Positions 1 to 12,652 of a stretch of 64,000 nucleotides of DNA are shown here, piece by piece. The stretch lies in the sequence record OQ708376.1. The stretch is one strand, 5' to 3'. How positions within the stretch are numbered: the first letter of the stretch is position 1; each line of letters begins with the position of its first letter. This stretch comes from Escherichia phage vB_EcoM_CRJP21. The translations under genes and the position numbers were made by a program. The notes beneath the pieces were generated by a model, which saw only the letters and a list, made by a program, of their open reading frames with translations, made no database searches and had not been told where the DNA came from.

Positions 1-112
1 GCCAAGGCCATTATGATGTTTTGAACGATAAAAAAACGTTCGAATCATTGGTTTTGGACGAAGATTCCAACCACTGGTTCATCTACGAGCTTGCTATTAG
101 AGATAAAAAATA
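1..112 (+). CDS. partial CDS (C-terminal fragment), paralog of 456..638
   Basis: frame-2 ORF runs off the window start and ends at TAG; C-terminal region resembles that of 456..638. Confidence 0.4.
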
Positions 113-118
113 GTAAGA

Positions 119-454
<336 letters not shown>

Positions 455-455
455 A

Positions 456-638
456 ATGACACACGAAGAATGGATGTCCAAACAGCATAAAGAACATGAC
501 TGCTTTGGGAATGGCATTCGTCAGGTACATTATGATATATTAAGAGATGAAAATCTTTTCAGGTCATATGTTTTGGATACCAGAAAACCCTGGTTTATAT
601 GCGAACTGGCATTTAGAAAGTCAAATAATCAAAACTAA
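456..638 (+). CDS. small hypothetical protein, MTHEEWM family
   Basis: N-terminus MTHEEWM shared with 1127..1291 and 1288..1452; start trimmed from track ORF 438. Confidence 0.45.
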   Translation: MTHEEWMSKQHKEHDCFGNGIRQVHYDILRDENLFRSYVLDTRKPWFICELAFRKSNNQN

Positions 639-654
639 ACAAGGAATACAAAAA

Positions 655-873
655 ATGGAAACAACTTTATTAGAAGTTATTCAATCATTAAAACCTGAAG
701 ATGAGGTTCAAGTACTACTACATGGTTATCGTGTAAAAGGTACTGTGGTTTTAGTCAATGATACAACATTGGTTATTACAGAAACAAACCCATATGATAG
801 TAATCAACTTGCCAATATCCATATCGATATCACTGGAATTATTGGTGTCGGTGTATCTAAAACACTTGCATAA
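655..873 (+). CDS. hypothetical protein
   Basis: track ORF 547..873 trimmed to internal ATG with aaggaa SD. Confidence 0.4.
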   Translation: METTLLEVIQSLKPEDEVQVLLHGYRVKGTVVLVNDTTLVITETNPYDSNQLANIHIDITGIIGVGVSKTLA

Positions 874-906
874 ATCATTAATTCATTATATAATGGGACA
901 TAACAT

Positions 907-1022
<116 letters not shown>

Positions 1023-1026
1023 AATA

Positions 1027-1103
1027 CGGGGTATAGCACAATTGGATAGTGCAAGAGAATTCTAATCTCTAGGTTGGGGGTTCAAGTCCCTCTACCTCGG
1101 CCA
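1027..1103 (+). tRNA. tRNA-Arg (anticodon TCT)
   Basis: acceptor cggggta/tacctcg, T-arm ggggg-ttcaagt-ccctc, anticodon loop attctaa, CCA. Confidence 0.7.
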
Positions 1104-1126
1104 ATTTTAATTAAAGGTTAAAAACC

Positions 1127-1453
<327 letters not shown>

Positions 1454-1461
1454 AAAAAAAG

Positions 1462-1875
<414 letters not shown>

Positions 1876-1935
1876 CTAAATAATTCAGTACTGAGGATAT
1901 TAATATGTTTAAAGATGAACGTCCAGATTTGTAAA

Positions 1936-2066
<131 letters not shown>

Positions 2067-2069
2067 TAC

Positions 2070-2229
<160 letters not shown>

Positions 2230-2244
2230 CAATGCGAGGTATAA

Positions 2245-2502
<258 letters not shown>

Positions 2503-2510
2503 GAATTTAA

Positions 2511-2912
2511 ATGAAAAAGAATGACTTGATCAAAATGCTTCAAGAAATTGACGGCAATCCAGAGATTGTTATTTGGAATGGATACGTCGATGATTATATG
2601 AACATCGAAAAAGGCTTGACTAAAATCACTCTAGTCAAAGAAACCGAACAGTTTCTTCAGGGTGCATTAGAGCACGAATGGTGTGAACGTAACAATACAT
2701 TCGACATTCCAGAAGACCAACGAACCAAGATTGCAGAACGTGCTAAAGAACTGCATAAGAAACGCGAATACGATTTCCAGAACCCATATGTCACTGAAGA
2801 CGAATTCAATCGCTGGTACGGTAAAAAGAAATTGACAAAGTATGTCCTTTCACCTAAACTACGTGGTAAGACTTCACTTGGTGTATTCAACGCCGCAGAC
2901 TTAAACTACTAG
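2511..2912 (+). CDS. hypothetical protein (133 aa)
   Basis: ORF tiling with neighbours. Confidence 0.6.
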   Translation: MKKNDLIKMLQEIDGNPEIVIWNGYVDDYMNIEKGLTKITLVKETEQFLQGALEHEWCERNNTFDIPEDQRTKIAERAKELHKKREYDFQNPYVTEDEFNRWYGKKKLTKYVLSPKLRGKTSLGVFNAADLNY

Positions 2913-2921
2913 CGGGTATTA

Positions 2922-3286
<365 letters not shown>

Positions 3287-3287
3287 T

Positions 3288-3325
<38 letters not shown>

Positions 3326-3344
3326 AGAGGTACTTCGAGTATGC

Positions 3345-3471
<127 letters not shown>

Positions 3472-3531
3472 TACAACCGACAATGACGAAAGAACAGTTA
3501 TCAACATTTATCAACGCAGCATTAGATAAAA

Positions 3532-3563
<32 letters not shown>

Positions 3564-3615
3564 TACCAAGCAGCTTGAAGAACTTTGTAGTGCTGCACCT
3601 ATGCCGACTCTTGGC

Positions 3616-3716
<101 letters not shown>

Positions 3717-3728
3717 TATCTTACTTCT

Positions 3729-3818
<90 letters not shown>

Positions 3819-3824
3819 TACACT

Positions 3825-4250
3825 ATGACATACAACATTGTTAAAATGGTGAACTATGTATTAAAAAACAACGCATGGTCACTGCATGATGTACAATTAG
3901 AAGATATTGGTGAAGTTAGAGTATTTTGCTATGATCCAGATTTGAATCAAACCACAGATTTGAGTAAATGTTTTAATATTTTTCTTGGTTATGAATTCAA
4001 TAATCATTTTTATTCATTTGATGTGTATTTTGAAAAAGTTATATTCAGAAGTTATGAATGTGATAATGAAGATTATGATTATGATGATGAATCAATTGAA
4101 TTGAATGTTAACGATATTGATACTGAAGAAAAATTCTTCCAGTACTGCCTCCTTAACGACACATTAGGATTAACATTTGAGGACATTAAAGCTATACTTA
4201 AAGTTCAAAAGTTGATTCCAGAAGAGGTACTAAATCCATTAAATGACTAG
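3825..4250 (+). CDS. hypothetical protein (141 aa), EEYFQ-motif family
   Basis: ORF; C-terminal EEKFFQYCLLND motif. Confidence 0.6.
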   Translation: MTYNIVKMVNYVLKNNAWSLHDVQLEDIGEVRVFCYDPDLNQTTDLSKCFNIFLGYEFNNHFYSFDVYFEKVIFRSYECDNEDYDYDDESIELNVNDIDTEEKFFQYCLLNDTLGLTFEDIKAILKVQKLIPEEVLNPLND

Positions 4251-4608
4251 TCTAATAGTACGTATAATGCAAGATGTTTGTAATAACCTTTATACAGGCA
4301 ATTTTGACGATCCGAACATAAAAATATTATGTTATGATGGTTTTACAATGGTACATCCATCCTATTCAAATAATATCTACGTAGCATATACAGGTGAAAA
4401 TCTATTGTATCAATTTGATATATATAGTACAATGACAAAGATAATTTTGGATGCCTCTAAACCAGCAATCTTTATTGCTTCTCATGATTACCATTACACT
4501 GAAGAATCACTATTTCAGTACTCAATGATTAATGACATTGGTGGGTTGACATTGGATGAGGTTAATGCTATACTAGCTGTCTCACGTTTGGTTAAAACCC
4601 ACAATTAG
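4243..4608 (+). CDS. hypothetical protein (121 aa), EEYFQ-motif family
   Basis: ORF overlapping previous gene; C-terminal EESLFQYSMIND. Confidence 0.6.
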   Translation: MTSLIVRIMQDVCNNLYTGNFDDPNIKILCYDGFTMVHPSYSNNIYVAYTGENLLYQFDIYSTMTKIILDASKPAIFIASHDYHYTEESLFQYSMINDIGGLTLDEVNAILAVSRLVKTHN

Positions 4609-4617
4609 GAGATTCAT

Positions 4618-4809
4618 ATGTTCTGGAATTTATTATGCTTGTTTGGTCGTACATTGGTTCTTGCTATTATTCATACACCTGGTATTCGTAATTATGTTTC
4701 TTATGAATTTAAGAAAAATTATCACAACAATACTGAAGTTCGTACAACTAAGATGTGCAAAGACTTCAAGGTAGATGTTCCACCATTCAAGAAGTACGAG
4801 GATGAATAA
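4618..4809 (+). CDS. hypothetical small protein
   Basis: ORF with SD ggagattcat. Confidence 0.45.
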   Translation: MFWNLLCLFGRTLVLAIIHTPGIRNYVSYEFKKNYHNNTEVRTTKMCKDFKVDVPPFKKYEDE

Positions 4810-5093
4810 TGGAATTCATTGTTGCACCTGATGAACTTAAAACATTCACGTTCAGAGATAATAACAATTATCCTTATACAAATCATTCATTGAATTCATT
4901 ACATGTTATTGCAATCATTGCATCTGAATACAGGGATAATCCATGTATTGATTTTAAAACCACTGATGGCGAATATACATGGGTGATCCCAAAAGATAAA
5001 TATAGTTATCAAGGGGCAGTAGAAATTCGTGACTCGATTCTAAAACAAATCGAAGATGGAAATACTCATCCTAAACTAAACACTCAGTACTGA
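4809..5093 (+). CDS. hypothetical protein (94 aa)
   Basis: ORF; TAATG overlap with previous. Confidence 0.5.
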   Translation: MEFIVAPDELKTFTFRDNNNYPYTNHSLNSLHVIAIIASEYRDNPCIDFKTTDGEYTWVIPKDKYSYQGAVEIRDSILKQIEDGNTHPKLNTQY

Positions 5094-5281
5094 AATCGTT
5101 TAACCCGATAGCTTCTAGTCAGTACTGATTCCTCCTTATGTATAGAAGCTATCACTTTTTTACGTATAATGATATTACCCTCAAATTCATTATATTCGTT
5201 ACCCTCTAACAGTATCTTTTTATTCCTCTTGGATGCTGTAATTTAGAAGTTGACTTTTTAACTTCTACTGTGTTATACTTA

Positions 5282-5310
5282 AGGCTGATTCGATGAATCG
5301 GCCTTTTTTC
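5282..5310 (+). terminator. intrinsic terminator hairpin plus T-run
   Basis: aggctgattcg...cgaatcggcct followed by ttttttc. Confidence 0.5.
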
Positions 5311-5318
5311 TTATATAG

Positions 5319-5747
5319 GTGAATGCAATGAGTTATTTGTTTACTTTAATTGATAAGTATGTTGACATTGTATACCGTCAAGTTTGTAGTGATACGTTTG
5401 AAACAAAAAACCCAATTAGAGATGGCATTTTTGATGTTGTCGTTGGATCATTTTTGAATGGATACACCGAGACATTATACAACAGTAATAATATTTTTAT
5501 TTCAGTTCAATCCAGACATACATCAGACTATGCTGTTAGCATTGATATTTGGGAAAATAATATAGAAATAGATATAACGGAACATACTAACATTCATGTT
5601 GATGATACATTTAATCAATTAACTGAAGAAATGTACTTGCAGTTGAATTTTGTACATAATCTTACAAATATCAGTTATGATACATTAAGGAAAATATGTT
5701 TTCTTAGTGGGGTGATCCGTAGTAATATGAGTAAGGATGGGAAGTGA
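5319..5747 (+). CDS. hypothetical protein (142 aa), EEYFQ-motif family
   Basis: ORF; paralog architecture. Confidence 0.6.
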   Translation: MNAMSYLFTLIDKYVDIVYRQVCSDTFETKNPIRDGIFDVVVGSFLNGYTETLYNSNNIFISVQSRHTSDYAVSIDIWENNIEIDITEHTNIHVDDTFNQLTEEMYLQLNFVHNLTNISYDTLRKICFLSGVIRSNMSKDGK

Positions 5748-6165
5748 AATGTTAAAAATTCCACCTAAGTCGTTAACACATCTTATTGAATGTGGTGTAA
5801 TATTTTCCGAAGGTGATACCTCATCATACACATTGGTCGATGAGCCTTATAATTTTTCATACCAATCTTATAAAAATAATTCTAAAATTTCTTGTAGATA
5901 TGCTGAAAACATATTAATAGATGTTTCGTTACATAATGTTCCGAAATTTTACATTGATATCTTTGGTGATTCTTTGACAATTCGAACATATGATTATTTT
6001 ATTAATAAAGACCTCTTGAGTCTTCCAATTGAACATGATACTATAGATTCAGAGATGTTCTTTCAACTATCAACAGTTTACGATTTACAGGGTTTAACTG
6101 TTGAGCAGTTGAATGGAATATTTGAGATTTCACGAAACATACGAAGCAGGAATAAAAATGTCTAA
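5737..6165 (+). CDS. hypothetical protein (142 aa), EEYFQ-motif family
   Basis: ORF; C-terminal SEMFFQLSTVYD. Confidence 0.6.
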   Translation: MGSEMLKIPPKSLTHLIECGVIFSEGDTSSYTLVDEPYNFSYQSYKNNSKISCRYAENILIDVSLHNVPKFYIDIFGDSLTIRTYDYFINKDLLSLPIEHDTIDSEMFFQLSTVYDLQGLTVEQLNGIFEISRNIRSRNKNV

Positions 6166-6568
6166 TATTTTAAATGAAAAAACAGTTGATGTTGTTATTG
6201 GTGTTCTTAACACCGCAACTTCATTTCAGAAGAAACACAGTGTTGTATACTTTGGTGAAGATTGTTGGCTGAACTATACTAATAATTCGTTTATAATTCG
6301 TGTAGAGGCTGATGATATTGGATTAACCGTTCAGGTAGGATGTGCCAAAACTGACAAACAAATCACTGTCATTGTTGATAAACTTACGTCTTCTTTTTAT
6401 GATAGTATAGATGATTGTGAACACTATAGTTCAACATTTTATGATACAGAAGAAGAACATTTTATGGAAAGTACTGTTCAAGAGTTAGCTATTCCATATA
6501 AGCTAATGAAAGCAGTGAGTGATTTAATTTTAAAATATAAAAAAATAGGAGTTACTAATGCAATTTAA
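6113..6568 (+). CDS. hypothetical protein, EEYFQ-motif family (true start possibly 6157)
   Basis: ORF; C-terminal EEEHFMESTVQE. Confidence 0.55.
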   Translation: MEYLRFHETYEAGIKMSNILNEKTVDVVIGVLNTATSFQKKHSVVYFGEDCWLNYTNNSFIIRVEADDIGLTVQVGCAKTDKQITVIVDKLTSSFYDSIDDCEHYSSTFYDTEEEHFMESTVQELAIPYKLMKAVSDLILKYKKIGVTNAI

Positions 6569-7004
6569 TGGTAAAGTTTCCAAAGTAGGTTTGGTTTTTG
6601 AAAACTGTGAATTTGTTGATATTGATGTAAAGAATGTTTTATGGATGCATATTGCTGATGAGAAGACTCTTTGTAGCCGTTTTTCAAACGGTCTGACAAT
6701 TAGTACTGTTATCGGTGAGTTCGGTATTGCATTACGCAGCAATACACCATCGGATTTCATGGACAACTCTACACTGTTAGACCGTTTAAAAATGCGTGAC
6801 GTTACACACGTTTATCTATATGATACTAACGGTGTTGAACAGCGTTATGTAGTTGAATGGGCTAATTATAACCTTAGTGATCAATATTCAGTAAACCAGC
6901 GTGTTCAAATCACCCCTGGTGGTAATATTGTGTTTGTTAGTTCAACTGGTAAATTAATCAGTGTAGATGATAAAAACATTGACCTATTCACAGCATATAA
7001 CTAA
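6558..7004 (+). CDS. hypothetical protein (148 aa)
   Basis: ORF with SD aggag. Confidence 0.6.
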   Translation: MQFNGKVSKVGLVFENCEFVDIDVKNVLWMHIADEKTLCSRFSNGLTISTVIGEFGIALRSNTPSDFMDNSTLLDRLKMRDVTHVYLYDTNGVEQRYVVEWANYNLSDQYSVNQRVQITPGGNIVFVSSTGKLISVDDKNIDLFTAYN

Positions 7005-7015
7005 TACGAGCTTCC

Positions 7016-7435
7016 ATGAAAACAATCAAAATTCATTTCAAAGACACTTGGACAGAAGTAAGTACTGGTAATATTCAGGATATTTTATATAGTACTGAAA
7101 CTATTCATGTTTATGATGAAGAGACTGCTTCCGAGCAGTTAAAAGTTTTGCATCGTAGTGTTGGTGTGCACACTGAATATGGCATTAAACATACTCGTGA
7201 ATTACTTAATACTAATCACATTGAAACCCGTAAAGCAAACTTATCAAAAGAAGAAATGTTCGATTTCATCCTGAACCATAAAGTTCATATTGAGCCTGAT
7301 GGGTCTATATGGGAGAACACTGCTGGACAAAAAGTGCTGAAAAAATATCATGTTTCAATTGATAATGTAAAAATGTCAGGGTATGATTTGGAAGATGCAA
7401 TTAATGAATATGTATCTAGGCAGAGGGCAAATTGA
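7016..7435 (+). CDS. hypothetical protein (139 aa)
   Basis: ORF. Confidence 0.6.
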   Translation: MKTIKIHFKDTWTEVSTGNIQDILYSTETIHVYDEETASEQLKVLHRSVGVHTEYGIKHTRELLNTNHIETRKANLSKEEMFDFILNHKVHIEPDGSIWENTAGQKVLKKYHVSIDNVKMSGYDLEDAINEYVSRQRAN

Positions 7436-7806
7436 TGAGCTTGATAACATTTACAATTATTTGTTGCATTACTATTGTACTTTGTCGCCTGATTCATGTA
7501 TACTCATATCATAAAGCGTTGCGAATCGAACAAGAGATTTACAACGAAAACCGAGAACCAGAACCAGTCAAGAAGCCACCATCACCTTATGGGTTGAAAC
7601 GTGAGATGCATTCTCAAAGTAAAAAGTGGGGTTATGCAATTACTAAAAATGGCTACATCTATACTGCAAGTAATGGTTATTTTCAAATTCACCACGAATT
7701 AGAAGTGGCAGTTCAAATTTTGTGGGAGATGGAGGACATTGGTGGTTATGAGCGTACTAAGTTTGAATTCATATCAAATGATCCAGGAACTTCACGAGAA
7801 ACATGA
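7432..7806 (+). CDS. hypothetical protein with N-terminal TM helix (124 aa)
   Basis: ORF, ATGA overlap. Confidence 0.55.
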   Translation: MMSLITFTIICCITIVLCRLIHVYSYHKALRIEQEIYNENREPEPVKKPPSPYGLKREMHSQSKKWGYAITKNGYIYTASNGYFQIHHELEVAVQILWEMEDIGGYERTKFEFISNDPGTSRET

Positions 7807-7951
7807 TATAATTGTTGATGTGGAGAAGAAGGAAGTCGTTATGAAAAAGCAAGCATATAGAATTTTAGAAGACTTCCATCTAAAAGCATTTATAATGAAG
7901 TTCTGTACAGATGAACATCTTACCGGACGAGTAATACGTAAGGAGTTGTAA
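7739..7951 (+). CDS. hypothetical small protein (start uncertain)
   Basis: ORF overlapping the 3' end of the previous gene. Confidence 0.3.
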   Translation: MVVMSVLSLNSYQMIQELHEKHDIIVDVEKKEVVMKKQAYRILEDFHLKAFIMKFCTDEHLTGRVIRKEL

Positions 7952-8293
7952 ATGAACTTAAGTTCAACAATTCAGTACTTGAGCAGTAACTTCGAGAAAA
8001 TTATTTCTCGCGGTGGGATGATTGTACACCCAGAAACAGAGGAAATGTACATCATTGGATTTGATAAAAATTCTTATGATCAAGTACTTGTAATTTCCAA
8101 GTTAGAAAGTTATAATGAAGTTGTTCAGTTTTGCTGTACCGAATTTGGTATCTATATTAAAGACGCTGAAACTAATACAATTTCGCATTATTTTTACCAC
8201 ACACTGATGGGTACTAAAGACTTCGGCTTGAAGTTCGATGATTTAGTACAATGTCACTATATGTTTAAAACCTTCCCAGCTAGTGGGCATTAA
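7952..8293 (+). CDS. hypothetical protein (113 aa)
   Basis: ORF with SD aaggag. Confidence 0.6.
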   Translation: MNLSSTIQYLSSNFEKIISRGGMIVHPETEEMYIIGFDKNSYDQVLVISKLESYNEVVQFCCTEFGIYIKDAETNTISHYFYHTLMGTKDFGLKFDDLVQCHYMFKTFPASGH

Positions 8294-9095
8294 GGAGTAT
8301 ATCAATATGAGCAACATTTTCTTCAAAACTATTTCTTTCAAAAAAGCATCTTACTCCTACGCCTACGTTGATGGTAAAGTGCTTAATATTGTACTGGATG
8401 GTGTTGACGTACCAGTTGAATTTAAAACACATGAAGAAGCAGTTGAAGGTGCTAAAGAATTGAATTCAATTCTTAATGGTGAAGTAAGTCAAAAACAACA
8501 TGTAAAATCTGATTTAGATGTACTTTTGGAAAAAATCAAAACTGGTGAAGTATTAGAAATTTTAGACAACTGTAATGAAAAACTTCGTAATGTAGTTAAT
8601 AATGTTCGTGACCAGATTCAAGAAAAAGCACTAGAGCAAGCATTCAAACATGTATCCAAGAATGCTGAATCTCGTATTGACGGTATGGTTAAAAATCTTG
8701 ATGATGTACTATCTCATCTCTTTACTAAAGAATACGAACAAGAAGTTGAAGAAGAACCAGTAAAAGAAACTAAAAAAGAAAAACGTAGCTTTGGCTCAGG
8801 TGATGATGTGTTTGGTTTTACGAATGTCCGAACAAGTGCAGATGAACCAAAAGAAATTAGTGAGATGCTCATTGGTGACATGACAACTAAGCAGCTTCGT
8901 AATGAAATTGACAAGTTTGTAACTAGTTGTATCAAATCAGAACGTGCACAAAGTATGTTTAAAAGCATTAGTGAGAACTTTGGTCCAGAAGCAACTGAGC
9001 AGGCACTAACTGCATTTAAAGAATTGATTTATAATGTAGCCATTAGCAATCCAGATAAAACACTTGAAGAAGTTCTACGTGACAATTTCAAATAA
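8283..9095 (+). CDS. hypothetical acidic protein (270 aa)
   Basis: ORF with SD aaggag; E/K-rich. Confidence 0.65.
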   Translation: MGIKEYINMSNIFFKTISFKKASYSYAYVDGKVLNIVLDGVDVPVEFKTHEEAVEGAKELNSILNGEVSQKQHVKSDLDVLLEKIKTGEVLEILDNCNEKLRNVVNNVRDQIQEKALEQAFKHVSKNAESRIDGMVKNLDDVLSHLFTKEYEQEVEEEPVKETKKEKRSFGSGDDVFGFTNVRTSADEPKEISEMLIGDMTTKQLRNEIDKFVTSCIKSERAQSMFKSISENFGPEATEQALTAFKELIYNVAISNPDKTLEEVLRDNFK

Positions 9096-9104
9096 TTAGA
9101 TAAA

Positions 9105-9133
9105 ATTAAAGCCACTACAATGTAGTGGCTTTT
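9105..9133. terminator. bidirectional intrinsic terminator between convergent genes
   Basis: hairpin aagccactac-aatg-tagtggctt flanked by A-run and T-run. Confidence 0.6.
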
Positions 9134-9137
9134 TTTA

Positions 9138-10292
9138 TTATGCGTTGTAACCAACTATTACGACTGAGCAGTCAAGCGGTTCTACTACTTTAAGAATTAC
9201 ATTATCATCTTCATCCACTTGTATTTCACTATGAACTACATGATTGTCTGAAGAATATAATTGAACTTGTGGTAGTGCTTTACCATGTTCAGTTACTGGA
9301 ACTGAGATAGAGTACATAGAGTCTTCACCGAGAACCCACTCACTTAAAGTATATTCTTTATGGAAAGGAGTAGTATGCAGTGTTTTTCCGATTATACTCA
9401 AAGAAACAGGTAAATTATCAGTTTGATACACAGTAATATTACCTTCTGCGTCTACAGAAAGATCTACACCAACTTGATATAAGTCACCACTGTATGCTTG
9501 AAGTGCTAAGTACTGTCCACGATCATGAACATCAAATGGAACAACCGCAGAAAATACACCTTCCGAAACAGGTTCAAATTGGGATAGAAGAACTGATGTA
9601 ACAAAATCAATATCCTCACCACTTTCAAGAACATCAAATTCCACCACTTTAGTGTTATAATATGGAGAAGTGAGCGTAGCAGTACCTTTCCCTGATTGTG
9701 TGATAACATCAACTGGAATTGTAAATGCATCATTAACAAATTGGGTAGTAAAGTATTCTGTCCCGTCTGGTAATACGATTGTTATTACCATACCGTTAGT
9801 ATCAATTTCTGAACCAGTGTTGAATAATTTACCACTAATTGAGTCATTACCAACAAATACTGGTGAAATGAGAATATTATCTATATCACGATCTATAATA
9901 CCACATTCAGGTGTATACATATGATACAAGGTTTGTGAACTACCTAAAATTGTTTTATGTAGCATAAATTTATATACAAATCCAGTATCAGTTTCTTGTG
10001 GCTCTTCAGAATATCCACGAACAAAGAAACAATTTTTATTAATTTCACTTAATAGTTGGTCATTAGTTTTATTGTAATTTAATAGATAACCTTTATTATC
10101 TTTAGTTGTTATTTGTACTTTACGATATATTATATTAGTTCTTGGATCAACTAAATCATATAATCTATGGCTTCTTTGGCGATAGATTCTAATATTTTTT
10201 AGTCTAGTTCCATCGTTGAGGATTGCACCATCAACAACATAACCACATTCACCAAACTTATAGCGTCCAGCCGCAGCAATTGACCTTGACAT
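9138..10292 (-). CDS. hypothetical protein (384 aa), beta-rich, possibly structural
   Basis: long minus-strand ORF, SD ggaggg upstream of start. Confidence 0.7.
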   Translation of the reverse strand: MSRSIAAAGRYKFGECGYVVDGAILNDGTRLKNIRIYRQRSHRLYDLVDPRTNIIYRKVQITTKDNKGYLLNYNKTNDQLLSEINKNCFFVRGYSEEPQETDTGFVYKFMLHKTILGSSQTLYHMYTPECGIIDRDIDNILISPVFVGNDSISGKLFNTGSEIDTNGMVITIVLPDGTEYFTTQFVNDAFTIPVDVITQSGKGTATLTSPYYNTKVVEFDVLESGEDIDFVTSVLLSQFEPVSEGVFSAVVPFDVHDRGQYLALQAYSGDLYQVGVDLSVDAEGNITVYQTDNLPVSLSIIGKTLHTTPFHKEYTLSEWVLGEDSMYSISVPVTEHGKALPQVQLYSSDNHVVHSEIQVDEDDNVILKVVEPLDCSVVIVGYNA

Positions 10293-10408
10293 TTATCCCT
10301 CCATTGGTATAATTATTATAACGTATTTATTATGCATATCCAAAAAATGAGCTTGACTGGTGTATGATTTGGTGTTATCATGTAGTGAATGAATAATGAG
10401 GTGTTTTT

Positions 10409-10993
10409 ATGAATGTTATTGATAATAGATTAGTACTGAAAAATGGAAAAATGACTGTTAAGTTATATAAAGATGAAGCTGATTCTTTTATGGCAAAAGC
10501 GATTGAAAAATCAGAACGATATAAACTTTTGGCTCCAGCAAGTAAATCGCCATATGGTTTTAATCATGCACATAGTCATTTTGTTGGTATGGTGTGTGAG
10601 CACGCATCTTTAGTACTTTTTAATGAAATTGAAAACAATACTGGTATTAAACTTAATATCGATCCAGCATTCCAAAATGAAGCACGTGACGGTGAATGTG
10701 ATATTAAGGTAAACAACCTTCGTATTGAAGTAAAAGGTATCAAGTATAAATCATGGACTGACTTTGGACCATGTGTTAGTACTCGACAGTTAAAAAATAT
10801 CCAGAAAAAAGCTGACGTAATACTATGGGTATTGTATAATGAGAAAAAACAAGAGTTCACGTTTGAGGGATTCAACTATGTAAAAGATATTAGTTCTATC
10901 CCAGTTATCCTCACTGGTGTACCAGGGCGACCAATGATTGAAAATCACCCAGTACTCGGTATTATGAAACCACTACAGGAGTTACCATTGTGA
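10409..10993 (+). CDS. hypothetical protein (194 aa); weak PD-(D/E)xK-like motif
   Basis: ORF; motif ...DGECDIKV...IEVKG. Confidence 0.6.
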   Translation: MNVIDNRLVLKNGKMTVKLYKDEADSFMAKAIEKSERYKLLAPASKSPYGFNHAHSHFVGMVCEHASLVLFNEIENNTGIKLNIDPAFQNEARDGECDIKVNNLRIEVKGIKYKSWTDFGPCVSTRQLKNIQKKADVILWVLYNEKKQEFTFEGFNYVKDISSIPVILTGVPGRPMIENHPVLGIMKPLQELPL

Positions 10994-11217
10994 TTACTGC
11001 AACTGTATATCAAGATATCAATGAAGAATTTCATTCTAAAATTGCGTTCTTATCATTTCCTGTACTCCCAGCAGTTGGGTCAACGTTGAATCTTACCATT
11101 TGTGGTTTTGAGAAATATTATAAAGTACTAGATATTGAGTACTGTGCTGATGTATATTCATGTAATAGTGAAATTGCAATTCCAGTATCAATCGATATTA
11201 TTGTAAAAGAGGTTTGA
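10990..11217 (+). CDS. hypothetical protein (75 aa)
   Basis: ORF, overlapping start. Confidence 0.5.
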   Translation: MITATVYQDINEEFHSKIAFLSFPVLPAVGSTLNLTICGFEKYYKVLDIEYCADVYSCNSEIAIPVSIDIIVKEV

Positions 11218-11675
11218 TTATGTTTAAGAATTTTATGGTTATCGTAGCAGTACTGTTTGGTACATCATGTTTCATTTCCCCAGTACACGCAGAAGAACAA
11301 CGTCAAACTATTAAAACTATTGGGACTGGTAAAACTCCCCCTAAACGTACTGCTGAAGAATACATGCCTGAAATGCGTGAACGTTATCGTCAGACATACA
11401 GGGAAAAACATGCTAATGATAAACCCATCAAGAAGCATAAATGGGAAGTTGTTAAATCTCCTTCATTTTGTGCTGGATATGCTAAAGTAAAGATTGAGCA
11501 GCACAAAAACCAGTACTATAAAGATATGTATTCCTTCTATGACTCCAGAATTTCTGACACAGATATGATGGCAGGGAAGGTTGATAAAGAAGAATTTCTA
11601 CAAGGCTATGATATGATGGACGATGACAAAATCATGGAATGCGTTGAAGTGTATGAAAAATACAGAGGCTTCTGA
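11214..11675 (+). CDS. secreted hypothetical protein (signal peptide)
   Basis: N-terminal hydrophobic h-region ending VHAEEQ. Confidence 0.6.
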   Translation: MIMFKNFMVIVAVLFGTSCFISPVHAEEQRQTIKTIGTGKTPPKRTAEEYMPEMRERYRQTYREKHANDKPIKKHKWEVVKSPSFCAGYAKVKIEQHKNQYYKDMYSFYDSRISDTDMMAGKVDKEEFLQGYDMMDDDKIMECVEVYEKYRGF

Positions 11676-12151
11676 TGTTAACAATAGTGTTGTTGGTTAG
11701 TCCATTTGTGTATTTTGTGCTGTATAATATTTTTAGTAATGCTAATCATTTTAAATATGCACAAACAATTGCAAAGCATGAAGGTTTTTGGAATTTTTTC
11801 CCAGCATTACTATGCTCATATCTATACCATGAACGCTATTTCATTTTTCCTGAATATAAAAATTATGGTTATGATTCTAAAGTAAATGGTATAATTGAGT
11901 ACTGTATAAGAAATTATATTAATAATAATGATAACGTCCAAGTAAGAATAGGAAATGGTAATATATCAAGAATAGTTTTCATACCTGATATACAAGACCC
12001 AATATACTTATATCCATATGATTATAGTATTAGTGTAGGTTGTTCGATACATGGTAGTAAATCTATGTACGATTATTTTATCTTACCACCAACACAAATT
12101 AGATTAATAGAAAAATATTTGAGGGAAAAGTTTGACAACAAAGATTCTTAG
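11675..12151 (+). CDS. hypothetical protein (158 aa), N-terminal TM
   Basis: ORF. Confidence 0.55.
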   Translation: MLTIVLLVSPFVYFVLYNIFSNANHFKYAQTIAKHEGFWNFFPALLCSYLYHERYFIFPEYKNYGYDSKVNGIIEYCIRNYINNNDNVQVRIGNGNISRIVFIPDIQDPIYLYPYDYSISVGCSIHGSKSMYDYFILPPTQIRLIEKYLREKFDNKDS

Positions 12152-12192
12152 TATTATAATTAACACACCAAGTAACCCAAGGGGGATGGAAA

Positions 12193-12651
12193 ATGGATGT
12201 ATTAGCTACAAATTTCAAACGTAACACAGAAGAGCGTGAAGGTTATTTGAGTATTAGTGAAGTTGTCGATGACAATTTTAAACAATACATTTTTAATAGT
12301 GCAATTAAATTAAAATGCACAAAAGATTCACCTGATCGTAGCTTTACTAAATGGATTGCGTATTGGGAAGATTCACCAGTTGCAATTGAAATGACTGTGA
12401 TTACAACAGTACTTGAAACAGGTTACATCAAAGCCATTATAGTTGATAAGAAAGTCCGTACTCTTGATGAAATTAATCCATATCCAGCCCGAAATTCTAA
12501 AGTTTTTGGTGTGTTGGTTGATGGTAAATTTATGATAGAAAAAGATGCAAAGGAATATGTAATTAATAAACTTCAAACTACATCAGAAAAAAAGGAAGTA
12601 GTGGACCAAAACTCTGTTGATGCAATCAAAAAAGCATGGGGACTAAAGTAA
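12193..12651 (+). CDS. hypothetical protein (152 aa)
   Basis: ORF with SD gggggatgg. Confidence 0.6.
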   Translation: MDVLATNFKRNTEEREGYLSISEVVDDNFKQYIFNSAIKLKCTKDSPDRSFTKWIAYWEDSPVAIEMTVITTVLETGYIKAIIVDKKVRTLDEINPYPARNSKVFGVLVDGKFMIEKDAKEYVINKLQTTSEKKEVVDQNSVDAIKKAWGLK

Positions 12652-12652
12652 T

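Noticed and set aside
9506-9924. Track ORFs 9506..9739 (-) and 9670..9924 (+) inside 9138..10292
   Set aside because: Nested within a long, well-supported minus-strand gene with no independent signals; the frame-mate ORF 9506..9739 and the opposite-strand ORF 9670..9924 are likely spurious.
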